From Craspedostauros australis (lineage: Eukaryota), in the NCBI GenBank assembly GCA_030167865.1, contig JALAGF010004579.1, positions 1 through 33,853 on the forward strand: 33,853 nucleotides of DNA, written 5' to 3'. This document shows, one piece after another, positions 11,281 to 23,044 of the stretch (position 1 is the first letter of the stretch; every line of letters begins with the position of its first letter). The translations under genes and the position numbers were made by a program. The notes under the pieces are model-generated. The model was not told the origin of the DNA. It made no database searches and saw only the letters and a list, made by a program, of their open reading frames with translations.

Positions 11281-13200
11281 CACACATGTTGGTGGCCAAT
11301 GGTCAACAAGTGAACCTCACTATCAAGGACACAGCAGATACACCCATCATCCGACCACAGGAAGAACATGACCTCATCCATAAGATGGTCATGACTCAGC
11401 ACAGCATCAAGAAGGTATTAAGCTGGATGGCAGCAAGGGCATGGATGCTGTGTCCTCCAAGCTGAAGCAAATTCTTGACCTCGATGTATTGGATCCACAA
11501 TCAAAACTGAGCATGCAACAGAAGAAGAGTGCACTTCTGTACCAAATTTCATCTCACAGAAAGAGATGGGCATATCAAGGCCAGGGGATGTGCCAATGGG
11601 AGGAAGCAGTGTGAACACATTGCCAAGGAAGATGCCTCCTCACCAACATTATCCCTTTAGGACCTCATGTTAAGTTGCATGATCAATGCCAAAGAGGGCA
11701 GAGATGTGGCCACTGCAGATGTACCCAGGGCATTTTTCCAAACAACAACCAATGAGGAAACCTACATTTACCTCACAGGACCAATGGTGGAGGCACTGGA
11801 ATTGATGGACCCAGGACGCTACCAAAAGCATGTTTTGATGGAGAAGAATACAAAGGTGCTATATGCCAAGCTGAAGAAGGCGCTATATGGCACACTGCGG
11901 GCGGCACTGCTGTTCTAGCGCAACTTGATACACGTGTTGGAAGGCATGGGATTTACACGCAACCCATATGACCATTATGGTGCAAACAAAATGGTGAATG
12001 GAAAGCAATTGATCGTGCTGTGGCATGTGGATGACATCAAAATCAGCCATATTGACCCCACAGTGATGACAGACTCCATCAAGGAGCTGAACAACAGATA
12101 TGGACAGCTGAAGCCACTCGCTGTCACCAGAGGAAAGGTGCATGGATACTGTGGAATGCAGCTGGATTTCACAAAACTGAGCTCCATTATTGTCAACATG
12201 CAAGCAAATGTCACAAAGATGCTTGAGAAAGCGACAGCAGAAATGGACAGGACCGCGGCCACACCAGCAGCAGGTCACTTGCTCTCCACCAACAAAAACG
12301 CCCAGAAGCTGGAGCAGAAAGATACAACGTTCTTCCACTGCATAAAAGCAAAGCTGCTGTTTCTGTGCAAGTGAGGCCAACCGGATATACAAACCGCCAT
12401 CGCATTCCTCAGTGCAAGAGTGCGCGAGCCAGACATAGATGACAACAAGGAACTGATAAGGGGCATACAGTACCTTTGCGGCTCTATAGATGTGTTGTTG
12501 ACCCTGGAGGAAAGTGAAGGGATGGTCATAAAATGGGTAATTGATTTGTCCTGTGCTGTTCGTCCAAACATGCGAAGCCACACAGGAGCAATCATGACCA
12601 CTGAAATAGATCCATATACTCATCCACATCCAAACAGAAGATCAATAATCGCAGCTCAACTGAGGCTGAGCTGGTGGGAGTGAATGACATGATTGGGCAG
12701 GTCCAATGGACACGATACTTCATGGAAGCCCAGGGATACACCACTGTTCCCACTGATATTCAGCAAGATAACAAGAGTGCTATGCTACTGGAAAACAATG
12801 GAAAACTCTGGAGCACCAAAAATACAAGACACTTTCTCATCCGGTATTTCTTCGTCCAAGATCAGATCAGAAGTAGCGAGGTGAAGGCAACCCACTGTCC
12901 CACCGAAGACATGAAAGCCGGTTTCTTCACCAAACCACTACAGGGGGCAGCCTTCCGACAGTTCAAACACATGATCATGAACAGTGAGTAACCCATCACC
13001 ATGCAGGAATGTGTTGGCATACCAGTCAATGGGCATGCTAACAAGGACACAGACAGATGTAGCAAACAGCAACCATGGAACAAGAACACAATACAACCAA
13101 CAGGCAACAAGAGGATGAAACAACATTCAGAAGACAATGCTCATAAAAACAAGAATTGAGTTATTGAATGCAAACAATACATATGTCACTCCATCACACT
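11280..13200 (+). mobile_element. Degenerate Ty1/copia (CoDi-like) RT-RNase H fragment, element B, with PPT/LTR remnant
   Basis: MTQHSIKKG, KARGCANGRKQ, SSPT, VATADVPRAFFQ, LYAKLKKALYGTLRAALLF, NPYD..ANK, LWHVDDIKISH (RT active site), AKLLFLCK*GQPDI, MRSHTGA, SSTEAELVGVND, QDNKSAMLLENNG, RHFLIRYFFVQD, CPTEDMKAGFFTKPLQG (ends 12991). AGGAATG/TGTTGG at 13005-13017. Boundaries are approximate. Confidence 0.9.
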
Positions 13201-13209
13201 GGTGTCCTC

Positions 13210-13830
13210 CATCACAGGTGCGCTGCTGTGGTGTGAGAACAACAGGCAGTGTCTGGTGATGCAAACACCATTGTCAGTTTGCGTGGCGGTGGAGATGTTG
13301 CCAGTGTTGGGCACATGCTGAGGGTTGCAACGGGAGCGCCATCATGTTGTGTGCTTGCCAGTGGTGTGTGGGCTGCTGGGTTGGTGATGGATATGACCCA
13401 CTTGCTTGGTGAGTGCACTGGGTGTTTGTCGTGCGCTTTGTTCAGCGCGAAATTGATGGTGGTGACAGTCCTGAACACCTCCATGTGGCTGGCATCTGAA
13501 GGGAACATGTAGTCCTGTGCTGCCTCGTCAAATTTGTCTGGATTGATTGTTTTTCAGGTGGACGCTGCTGATGTCATCGCTTCCTGCTGCAAACACCCCC
13601 TTTCTTAGCACAGCACACATGGAAAGCGTACATGTGTTGGATGTTGGCCATCATAGGCTGTGCATTCACAGGGTGACACATGTCATTCAGGTTTGCGGTG
13701 AGAGTCTTGGACCCAAAGTATGAAAGGCGTCTGATGGTGTTGGCTTGGTCGAGCCCTTTGTTGGCAGTTCATGGGCTGAAGAGGGGGGAAGAGGTACATG
13801 AAGGGTTTTGGGGAACCTCAGCTCCTCAAC
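13210..13830 (-). pseudogene. Unidentified decayed coding-like sequence, possibly the gag/5' part of a minus-strand element
   Basis: CpG-depleted. Minus-strand frames give protein-like stretches (LDQANTIRRLSYFGSKTL..., INPDKFDEAAQDYMFPSDASHMEVFRTVTTINFALNK) broken by stops and shifts. I see no diagnostic motif. Confidence 0.25.
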
Positions 13831-14939
13831 AACGTAAGTGACAATGGTGGTGGTCTATGGTGGCGGTTCTGGAGGCATTCTGAAGGATGTGGTGGACAAC
13901 CCAGCCAGGGATCCGCCAGTCACGCCGGCCATCATGCCAACTCGTCCGTTTGCACCAGCCAAACCTCCCTTGTCCTCCAAAGGCAAGGACCAAACAGTGC
14001 GAGCGTCCGAGCAGAGATGGGGGCAGAGCGTCGGACGCGAAGGTCGAAAGCCAAAGAAGCGACGAGGACGGAGCAAAAAGGTCGATAAACTATTGAAGCG
14101 AAAGTGGGTGTCAAGTGATGTATTAAAGTATCTACTGAACGCATTATGCCTGCTTTTGTGTGGCTCCATGGATTTGTGACCTTTGCTGCTCTTGCGTTTG
14201 TTGCTGCTGTGCTCTTTGTGTAGCCTAAGCTTGGATTCGTTCTTTGACATGTTCGACTGGTTGTCTGTTTCCCTCCCAGTTCGCGTTCGACTCACCCGAG
14301 CGCTTATCTTGGTTGGAAACATCGGATTGCGTACGGGCTTCGGCAGAAGGAGTCATTTTGGCACATCCTCGGAGGTCGACTGCTTCCTCGGTACCACAGT
14401 TCGTGCATTCCAGTAGGCAGAGCGGTCGAACTCCACCAAGAATCAGCTGCCCCAGCCCAGATCCCACCCATCCAGAAGCGCAGAACAGCAACAAGAGCAA
14501 GAAAACGGGCATCACCAGCAACAACCAAGGAGAGAGGAGAGCAGAGACAATCACGAAACAAGCACAGGTAGAGGCAGGCAGGCACAGGCAGGCAGGCATA
14601 CCTCGCACACACATTCGCGCAGAGACGCAAACAGCAATCCAATCACCATCTGTTCATTCCCTCCGTTCACTCGCCCGCTACTTGCATAGGATCAATACTT
14701 GATCAATACTGCCATCGCACAGATCACAGATCGCAGTCGCGGTGTGCTGCCAACAGAGATTTATCGCCGCTCTCCCTCGAACGAAGGTCGGCATCCCTGC
14801 TTGCACGCGACCATCGATTGATCACGATCGGCGCACTGGCACATCGACACATTGGGGCACCCCAGCAATCAATCGCGCGACCAAAGCACATGACCTGCGG
14901 ATTGCGAGAGGAGACGTAGCCGCACACACATTGTCAACC

Positions 14940-17159
14940 ATGGAGCAAGGAACACAGCAGCAGCAGCAGCAGGCAGCGAACGACGCCGATCTGGGATACG
15001 AGGTGCATCAGCCGTCGTTGCAGTCCGCATCGTCGTCGCCATCGCCGTCTCTCCAGACGGACGAGAAAGGCCAGACCTTTCGGAAGCGCCGACTCAGCCT
15101 CACCAACCTCAAACAGCAGCAGCAACAACAGCAGCAACAGCCTCCCACCAACGGCAACAGCGGCGGTGCCAGCGCCCAAGACAATGAAGTCGCAGGCGAG
15201 ACCGCTGCTCAGCATGAACAGGGAACGGCTGCCGCGCACGAAGCACCTGCCGCCGACCAGACCTCGGTCGCGAGCACCGGCGGTCCGGAGGATGAGAAAG
15301 CGCAGACATTCCGAAAACGGCGCCTCTCCCTCACGCACAAACGGGAAGAGCCGTCAGCGGAAGGCGATGCTGCCAGTGCAACACCCGCGAAGCAAGGCGA
15401 CGCTGTCGAGCCGTCTCCAAATCGACGCAGACGCTTCTCGGATGCTTCCCTCTCGTCCGTCATCAGCGACGCCGGCTATGGCAACCGCCCGCTCAAGTCG
15501 AGGACCGTGCACGCATCCGAACTCCTTTCCCAACCGCCTCCGTCGCCGGCCGTCAACCTCAGGCTCTACCAGGCATCCGCGCCGCCTCAGCAAAGACCCA
15601 TGATGGATCCCATCGACGCCACGGGGCCGGTTCCGCTGCCCAGATGGAAGAAGCGCCACACCCGCAACATGAACGAAGACGAGCGCAAGCTTCCATTCCC
15701 CAGGGACATCGTCGGCACCTTCTCCTGCCACGGCGTGGAGCCCATCTACGACAGCGATGATGGCATGATGCAGGATGACTACGATGACGACGAGGACGCC
15801 GAATGGGGCGCCTTGGGGCAGAAGGATCGTCTCACGACGGCGGCCAAGATCAACCAGGATCGCGGCGGCGTTGCCTTTCCGTATGGCAACTGTTCCCGCA
15901 CCGCGCTCTTCGCCGTCTATGATGGTACGTGTATCCACCAGGTCCAGTCATTGTGTTCCTTCGTTCGTTCTTTTCATTCTTTGCTTGCTTCTTTGTGCGA
16001 TTCTTTGTTTGGCTGTTGCATTCGTTGATGCCGTGCCACGTTAGCATTCATGAGTGTTGGTTGGTTGAAGTCGTTCAAGTCGTTCAGCTCAATTCCTGTG
16101 TTCGCGCCTTCACCTGCATTGTGCTCAACACGACACATCGCATGATATCGTACTCAACATATACTCACGCAACGCCAACATGCACCACTCTATTCCATTC
16201 TACTCTGATCTACCAAACTCATCGCACACATTACTGCCTATGTGTGTGCCATCCTATCTATCTTCCGCCGTGGACGCAACCGTCTCACAGGGCATGGCCA
16301 AGGGGGTGAGTCTGTGGCTCAGTTTGCATTGCACGAAGTGCAAAGGCGGTTGGAAAAGCACAGCGAGTTCGACTCGGATGTGGAAAAGGCATTCAAGGAG
16401 ACCTTCGTTGGTGTGGATGAAGCCTTGGAGAAGGAGGTGCTCATCGAACCGAGGTACGCGGGGACGACAGCGTGCGTTGTGCTGCTTCGGGAGGACACGC
16501 TCATCGTATCCAACGCGGGGGATTCGCGGGCCGTGCTTGCACGGAAAATAGAGGGCAGTGCAACAGTACCAACAGCAGCAGGAACAACAGCAGCAGCCAG
16601 TGATGACAACGGAAGCAACGGAACGGCCACTACTCAACAACAACAACAACAACAGCAGGTGAAGTTTCAGGCCGTCAACATATCCACCGACCAAAATCCT
16701 GATCTGCCCGCGGAGCAGGCCCGGATCGAACGGATGGGAGGATTCGTGTCACCGCCACCCGAACCAGGTCTGTCGGCGCGGGTTTGGTTGGATTCGACCT
16801 GCACTCAGATCGGTCTGGCGATGGCAAGATCCATCGGCGATCACGCCGTCAAACCGATCGGGGTTATCGCGGAACCGGTCGTCACGCAGCACAAGATCCA
16901 CCCGGACGATGAGTTCATGATCCTGGCGACTGACGGCGTTTGGGAGTTCATCTCGTCGGAGGAGGCCGTGAAGGTGGTGTCCGACAACATGCACCTTGGC
17001 GCCACGAAAGCGTGCCAGTGCCTCATTGAGGCTGCTGCCGCAAGATGGCATGACGAGGAGGGTGACTACCGTGACGATATCACGGCGTTGGTCATTCGCT
17101 TGCAGCGTCTGTGGGATGCGGAGACAGGCAAAACGAAACGGAAACGCGAAACCACGTAA
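14940..17159 (+). CDS. PP2C/PPM-family Ser/Thr protein phosphatase with long disordered N-terminus; exons 14940-15924 and 16291-17159
   Basis: Motifs KINQDRG, LFAVYDG|HG (reconstituted across the GTACGT...CACAG intron 15925-16290), AGTTACVVL, NAGDSRAVL, DQNPDLPAEQARIE, GLAMARSIGDH, EFMILATDGVWEF, DDIT. Poly-Q tracts are present. Confidence 0.95.
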
Positions 17160-20100
17160 TCTCGGGAGGTCTCGATCTCGACTCCTTGGTCATTGGACGT
17201 CGCTTTTTGCTGCGAAAAACCAAAAAACGTCGATTGTCCTTCCATGGAAACTCGAACTGCCATCCAGAGAGTGTGATGACGAATGTTCTTCGCCCCAGCA
17301 CCGCTCCCCAAAGTAATAGTTGATTTCCACGTCCCACAAAGCCCCGGAGAGCGAGTTGCGCAGAATACGCATTCATTGTCGGTTGTTGTTTGTCCGCTCC
17401 AAGAGGCAACGCTTGCCTCAGCACTCGTGGTCGCCATCACGCGAACGCTCGACACTCACGTGCAGAGATGTCTTTCGTTCATTCTTGCAGTTCGTTCCTC
17501 TCGTGATGCTGCCCCTTCCATTGCGCTCTTCATCTTTCTTTGGAAAAGACCAAGGTGCGGACCAACGGCGAATCCATTCTCCCCAGAATCGCGGGTCTCC
17601 AACGCTCCGAGCATCTTGCGAGTCCCCCATGAGCGCAGAACTTGGACATTTGCCTGGTTGCTGGAAGAAGAATGCTCGCAGATGCACAAGTACGTTGATG
17701 TATCTTGTTTCTCCATTGGATCACTCTTCAGCTTGGTTGGTGTTCTACATCATTGTTCGTACCATCCCATAGATCGTGTGCAGTTCGTACAACTTCGATC
17801 TGCTCGTCCGAGCCAGACATCATGGCGAGATCTTCCACGAGAGGAGTGCACCGCATGGTAGAGATACTTCGGAATACCGCAGCACGAAGAACATCAAACT
17901 GCAACGTACGTAAAGAATCCGCATTGATGAGCGCCCGCAGAGTACTGGCGTTCGGCTTGCCACTGCCATCATCTCTTCCTCCGGGGCGCAGCTTATCTCG
18001 GTCTTGCGCAATCTGTCAAATCTGTCTCGTGTATCCAAGACCAACAGCGAGGTTCGCCTGCTTGGTTGATGCCCCACGAGCCACGAACACAAGAGATGGG
18101 GCAGCGCATGAATGCTTCAAGGAGGCCCTTGACGCTCTTGCTCACGAAGGCGTCGCACGTCTCTGATTGCTCGTGTTGTTCAGACACGACTCTTCCATTG
18201 CGAGCACGAGTGCGCACTTGTTGGTACGAATGCCCATAGTCGCACTCCACATGTCACACCATGGCACATAGCAGCAGCTCGTGCTCTACTCCATTCGCAT
18301 CGCATGTGATCAACGATGGGTCAGCCATCGATCGACATTGGACTGTGGACAAAACCATCCAAGACCTTCCGCAGACGTCGGTGACAATCCAGACAGAATC
18401 CTCCTTGGTTACACATAGGGCGGCAAGTCCATACCCGATGCAGCCGCGAGATGTTGCTGCTCAGGATGTTGACGAAGACATATGTGTAGATCGTGAGAGA
18501 ATGACACACGAGATACAAACGATGTTGTTGGTGGATGCCAGGCTGCAGAATTGCGCTTGAAGTTCGAATCTGATACAGCACTCGCATCGGTGCTATGGCA
18601 AGAGAGACCAAGAGCTGCCACCCCACTCAGTTGATGCTGGTAGATCGCACCACACGGACGACCTACAGCCACCATTGTGGGGGGTACCACCGCGAACGGG
18701 TAGCAACGATGATTCTCAAATCCGCGATCGCAGAAGCGCGCTACCAATGCATCCTGGGCGAGAGAGGATGACAATGAGTAACTCGTACAAATACTGGATG
18801 TGCGTATGACATCTCCGTGAGAAACTCTTTGCGGAGTCCGTTGGCTGTTGATGCATTTGGCATGAGAGCGGAACATCATTTCGCTACATAGTCAGTGATG
18901 TCAACGATGTTCGTGATGGAAGATGCACGGAAAGCGAGAGCAAGAACAAGAGAGGGAGACAAAGTCGCCATCCTCCCTGTGGTCTCGGACACACGCTGAC
19001 AGAGTGCGACCTACTCGCGCTCGTACTCACACTCGCTTCTGCACCCACACGAGCGGCATGCTGAATGGCACTGATCCGCACATCGCGGAAAATAACATCG
19101 CTCGCTCTGTGTTCGCTCTCGCCCAATGAATCTCCGAAGAGATCAAAGGCGCGATTGACAATCTTGCTGTAACACTCTGGCGATGTGATGGCACGATCGG
19201 GCGCACTCTTGCAAGAGTGCTGTCATGGTCAAAAGATGAAGGCCAAAAATGTGAACGAGCGCTCTGACTGATTTCATGTTCCTTGCAAGTGATTTGGTTG
19301 TCCCTGGCATGTTCCCGCCACCACCGCACCATCAACATCATTGCCATCAAGAGTATCAACTCAACAACATCACCTTCGTCGCAGACGTCGCCGTTGGTTC
19401 ATGTTGACGTTTCTTGCGTCCTGTTTGTACTCAGCACGCTCCACGGAGATCAACGACGATCCTCCATCTCGAGCACAAAAAAGAGCATCCGTCAACATGT
19501 ACTTACTGCGAGGATCCAAAGGGAATGAGAAACGTCAAGACGAGTCGAAAGGCTACCAAGGAAGAATACTTCAACTTGTTGCCCACCCATTTGTTCGTCT
19601 CTGTTTGCATGTTCCTTGGGTGCCTAAGGTGCTTTGAGGACCCCTGACGGGAGTCCTTGCGAGTCCTTGAGCGCGTTTGTTGACTTCGCAACACCCATGC
19701 CCGCGCTCCTCATGAGGGAGAGAGGCAGCGAGAGCCCAGGGTTGGGGGAAGGCGGTCTTTTGAATCCATTTGAGTGCTTCAGCGACGGGCCAAACACCAA
19801 GAGAGGAGGATGGTTCTCACAGGACGAACGAACGTGCGACGGTTTTGGTTTTGTTTGTTTTTGGTGCCAAATCGCGTTCGCTGATACCTTCACATGACAC
19901 CGAAAATGTGAGCGTAAGAAGCGACGAACAATTGCAGTTTCACCGCACCGTCGTTTTGGAAAGACGTAACGGTTCTTCCGAAACGGGGCCATTGTGAACA
20001 TGCCTGCTGTGACGGAAAACACTATCCAAGTCCATCATTTAATCAGTCGACTGTGCAAAGGGCTCGTGAACCATTCACGTTTTCGATCATCACGATTTTT

Positions 20101-21190
20101 GATATGAGAGACCAAGCCCGATTCGGTCGAGGCCGGTTAAACTGGAGCATGCTGTTGTTGTATGTGGAATATCACTGCTTCCTTCGCATTCGGTGGATTC
20201 AAACGTGGTGGTGTTTGTGTGCGCTCGTTCCGTGAATCAGGAAGGCGCGTGTGGTAGCTCGCGCCCCTACTTTACAGAGACGCACGATCGGTGCCAGAGA
20301 AGTAACGGCTCGTTGTGGAACACGCAGCGCGATGCGCTGTTCAGGTGATGTGTCCATTGTGGAACACGTGGAAATCGCTGTTCTGGTGAGGCGCGTGGAG
20401 TTTATCACGATACGAGCCACAGGCCGCAACACGGCCGCTGCAAAGTGCCCCAAAACACCGAACCGCGAATGGAAAGAGGCAGAAGAACAGAGAAGAACAC
20501 GATACAACACAACAGCAACAAGAAGCGTTGACGACATCTCTTCCTTGTTGAACACATGTATCTCTCGGAGAGGTTTGCCTCCGAGCGACGAGCTCCTTGA
20601 CAGAAAAAAGAGAAGAGCGGGATCACATCGCGCTTTCTTGTGTGACGAACACGCAAACGACCACAAAAGGCTGCCACGAGAGATAAATCTTCCCGTCCAA
20701 CTGCTCCATCTCTCTCCGCGTTCGCCACATCAAGATTGATACTGCGTTACACAATTACTCTCATCTTCACGGATTCCTTGCCACCACGCGCACACACACA
20801 AAGCGTAGCGGTCCCGAAGTTGCTTGTGCAGACCTGCTTCACGGGCCCTTTCCAACTTGGAGGAGAGAAACGAGACAGAGAGTCCATCCACGTACTCGCA
20901 CATACATCCACGCCAGGAGATCGTGGTCCCGCGATTCTCTCGTTCGAGCTCCTTGCGATCTCTTCGGGATCGAAGCTTTCGGCCAGGAACCCACAACCTC
21001 TCCCTTGTCACCACACACCTCACTTCCAAATCTGGCCCCGCTCCTTGACATGTCACAAAAACAGAAACGAACCATAATTTCCACCAACAGTTCAAATTCA
21101 ACTCAAGAGCAAGCTCCGGAACCTCTCCAACACACATCATAAACGCATAGCACGCAACAGCAACAGTAATAGTATCAACAAACATCCACC

Positions 21191-22096
21191 ATGGTGAACT
21201 CAAACTCAAACTCAAACCAGCAACAGCAGCAACAACAACCGATGATGCAGGAAGACCATCCGCAGTCGCCAACGCCTGCACCACCAGCACCGCTCCCAGC
21301 TTCGCCAGTTTCCTGCATCGCTGATCTGCAGGCAATCAGAACCTCCACCTCCTCCAAGTCTCCCATCACCTCTGGAGGGGTTGACCATGGAAATGCTCCT
21401 CATAACGAGAGGGAGCGAGGGAGCGACCAGGATGCAGACACCCCCGATGAATTCATCTGCCCGCTCACTCTGGAGCTCATGAACGATCCCCTGATGGACA
21501 GAATGGGCATCAACTTCGAGCGAGAGGCCATCATGGAATGGCTCAACCGCGGCAACAACTCCTGTCCGCTCACCCGCAAGCCATTGTCCTACTCCAAGCT
21601 CGTCCCCAACGCCCAGCTCAGGCTCAAGATCGATCAGTGGAAGAAGAGCCACAACATTCCAGTGGTGCGCAACACCTTCCCCGCGAAGATCCAGAATCTC
21701 GGCGGAACTTTCGATGTTGCGGACAAATCGTCCAGTCTCGAAGGGTATCACGCGTGGCAAGATCGCCAGCTCCGGTTGCGGATGATGGAGGCGGTGGCAT
21801 TCGACGCCGTGGCGCAGGTTAGCGGTGGAAACGGTTGCACCAACCGTCGACGCAGACAACAGCATTCGCAATCCCGCTCGCAACCAGAACCCCAGACCCC
21901 GCGAAATGGACAGCGCCAATCGAGAAGCATCAGCACGATGGGACGATCGCTGCTGGGAGGACGCCCATCGCAGCGCCGTGGATCGACGAGCATGAATTTC
22001 CCTGAAAGCCCGCAATCGTCAGGTTCCCGCAGAAGGCAAATGGTCACTATCCTGGACAGTGCCCTTGCAGTCGTCGGAATGCATCACGAATCATGA
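21191..22096 (+). CDS. U-box domain protein (putative E3 ubiquitin ligase), 301 aa, otherwise low-complexity
   Basis: PDEFICPLTLELMNDPLMDRMGINFEREAIMEWLNRGNNSCPLTRKPLSYSKLVPNAQLRLKIDQW is a canonical U-box. Single ATG..TGA ORF preceded by a CA-rich leader. Confidence 0.9.
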   Translation: MVNSNSNSNQQQQQQQPMMQEDHPQSPTPAPPAPLPASPVSCIADLQAIRTSTSSKSPITSGGVDHGNAPHNERERGSDQDADTPDEFICPLTLELMNDPLMDRMGINFEREAIMEWLNRGNNSCPLTRKPLSYSKLVPNAQLRLKIDQWKKSHNIPVVRNTFPAKIQNLGGTFDVADKSSSLEGYHAWQDRQLRLRMMEAVAFDAVAQVSGGNGCTNRRRRQQHSQSRSQPEPQTPRNGQRQSRSISTMGRSLLGGRPSQRRGSTSMNFPESPQSSGSRRRQMVTILDSALAVVGMHHES

Positions 22097-23044
22097 GAGC
22101 TGGTTGTGTTGACACCTACTCAACTGAATGGAGCGCAGCATTGCTGCAAAACAATACCATACCATGCAGAACTGCCCCCGATGGATGGATGGACGGATGA
22201 ATGAATGAACAAATGGATGATGCACAGTTAGAGGTTGATCATTAGAGGATGCAGTGCAATACAACCGATAGAGGGGGCCATGAAGTAAACACGTTAAACT
22301 ATAGAATACTCGTACCAAACCAAACCTCGACGCCTGGAATAGGAGTGCATTTTTCCACACCACCACACAGATCCACATGAACACCTCCTTTCGGTCAAAG
22401 GGCAATGACGAACTGCGGATACCTTCCATTCCTCTTTGAGTGTCGGCGTCTTCGTTGCGACGTTGTCCAAAGAATGTTCGCTCCGGTTCTGCATTCAAGT
22501 TGGCTTCAGGGTAGAGAACAACCAAGTTCACTCAAACCGCGATTGGTCTGCGTCACGGTACGGTGTGCCAGACACAGAATAGAGTAGAATACTCTCGAGC
22601 AGAGCGCTTGTACCACAATATTATTCACCAATGACTTCCCTCCTATGGAGCATCGAAGCGGTATTGTGTTAGAGTGAAGGGTGGTGTTTACGAAATGGTA
22701 TTGGGACATGTGGGCTACAAGCGCATGCAGATACTGCAGGATAATCGTGCAAAAGCATGGAGTCAAATGCACGTGGAGCAATGACCTCCCTCACGAAGCC
22801 AGGCAAGCACGGCACCATCTCCGTTTCTTCATAGACATCGCCTTCGGCAGAAAGCTAACAAATCCACCGCCCCACCACACCATTCACAGGCTTGCTTTTC
22901 CTTTGACCCCGCTATCTCTTGACTACGCTAGAGTACTCTATTCGGGATTGCAGCGGCGGCAATGTGGTGCCGCAGGCGGGAGGAATAACCAAGGTACTGA
23001 TGCATATGTGCGTTACTGTACCAAACCACTCTACTATAAGCAGA

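Noticed and set aside
8651..12374. Repeated in-frame TGA as recoding (Trp/Sec) or an alternative genetic code
   Set aside because: The TGAs sit at expected Arg positions, co-occur with frameshifts and TAA/TAG stops, and neighbouring host genes use TGA as a normal stop.
13838..14702. Several 100-155 aa ORFs upstream of PP2C
   Set aside because: Low-complexity, mutually overlapping and without motifs. Not callable.
18520..18580. tRNA-like B-box GTTCGAATC at ~18562
   Set aside because: The flanks do not form a T-stem or acceptor stem.
17160..21190. Numerous ORFs up to ~200 aa in a 4-kb intergenic stretch, including a GTAAGT donor-like site at 19506 (minus)
   Set aside because: No domain similarity or coding-like bias that I can recognise, and no coherent exon model.
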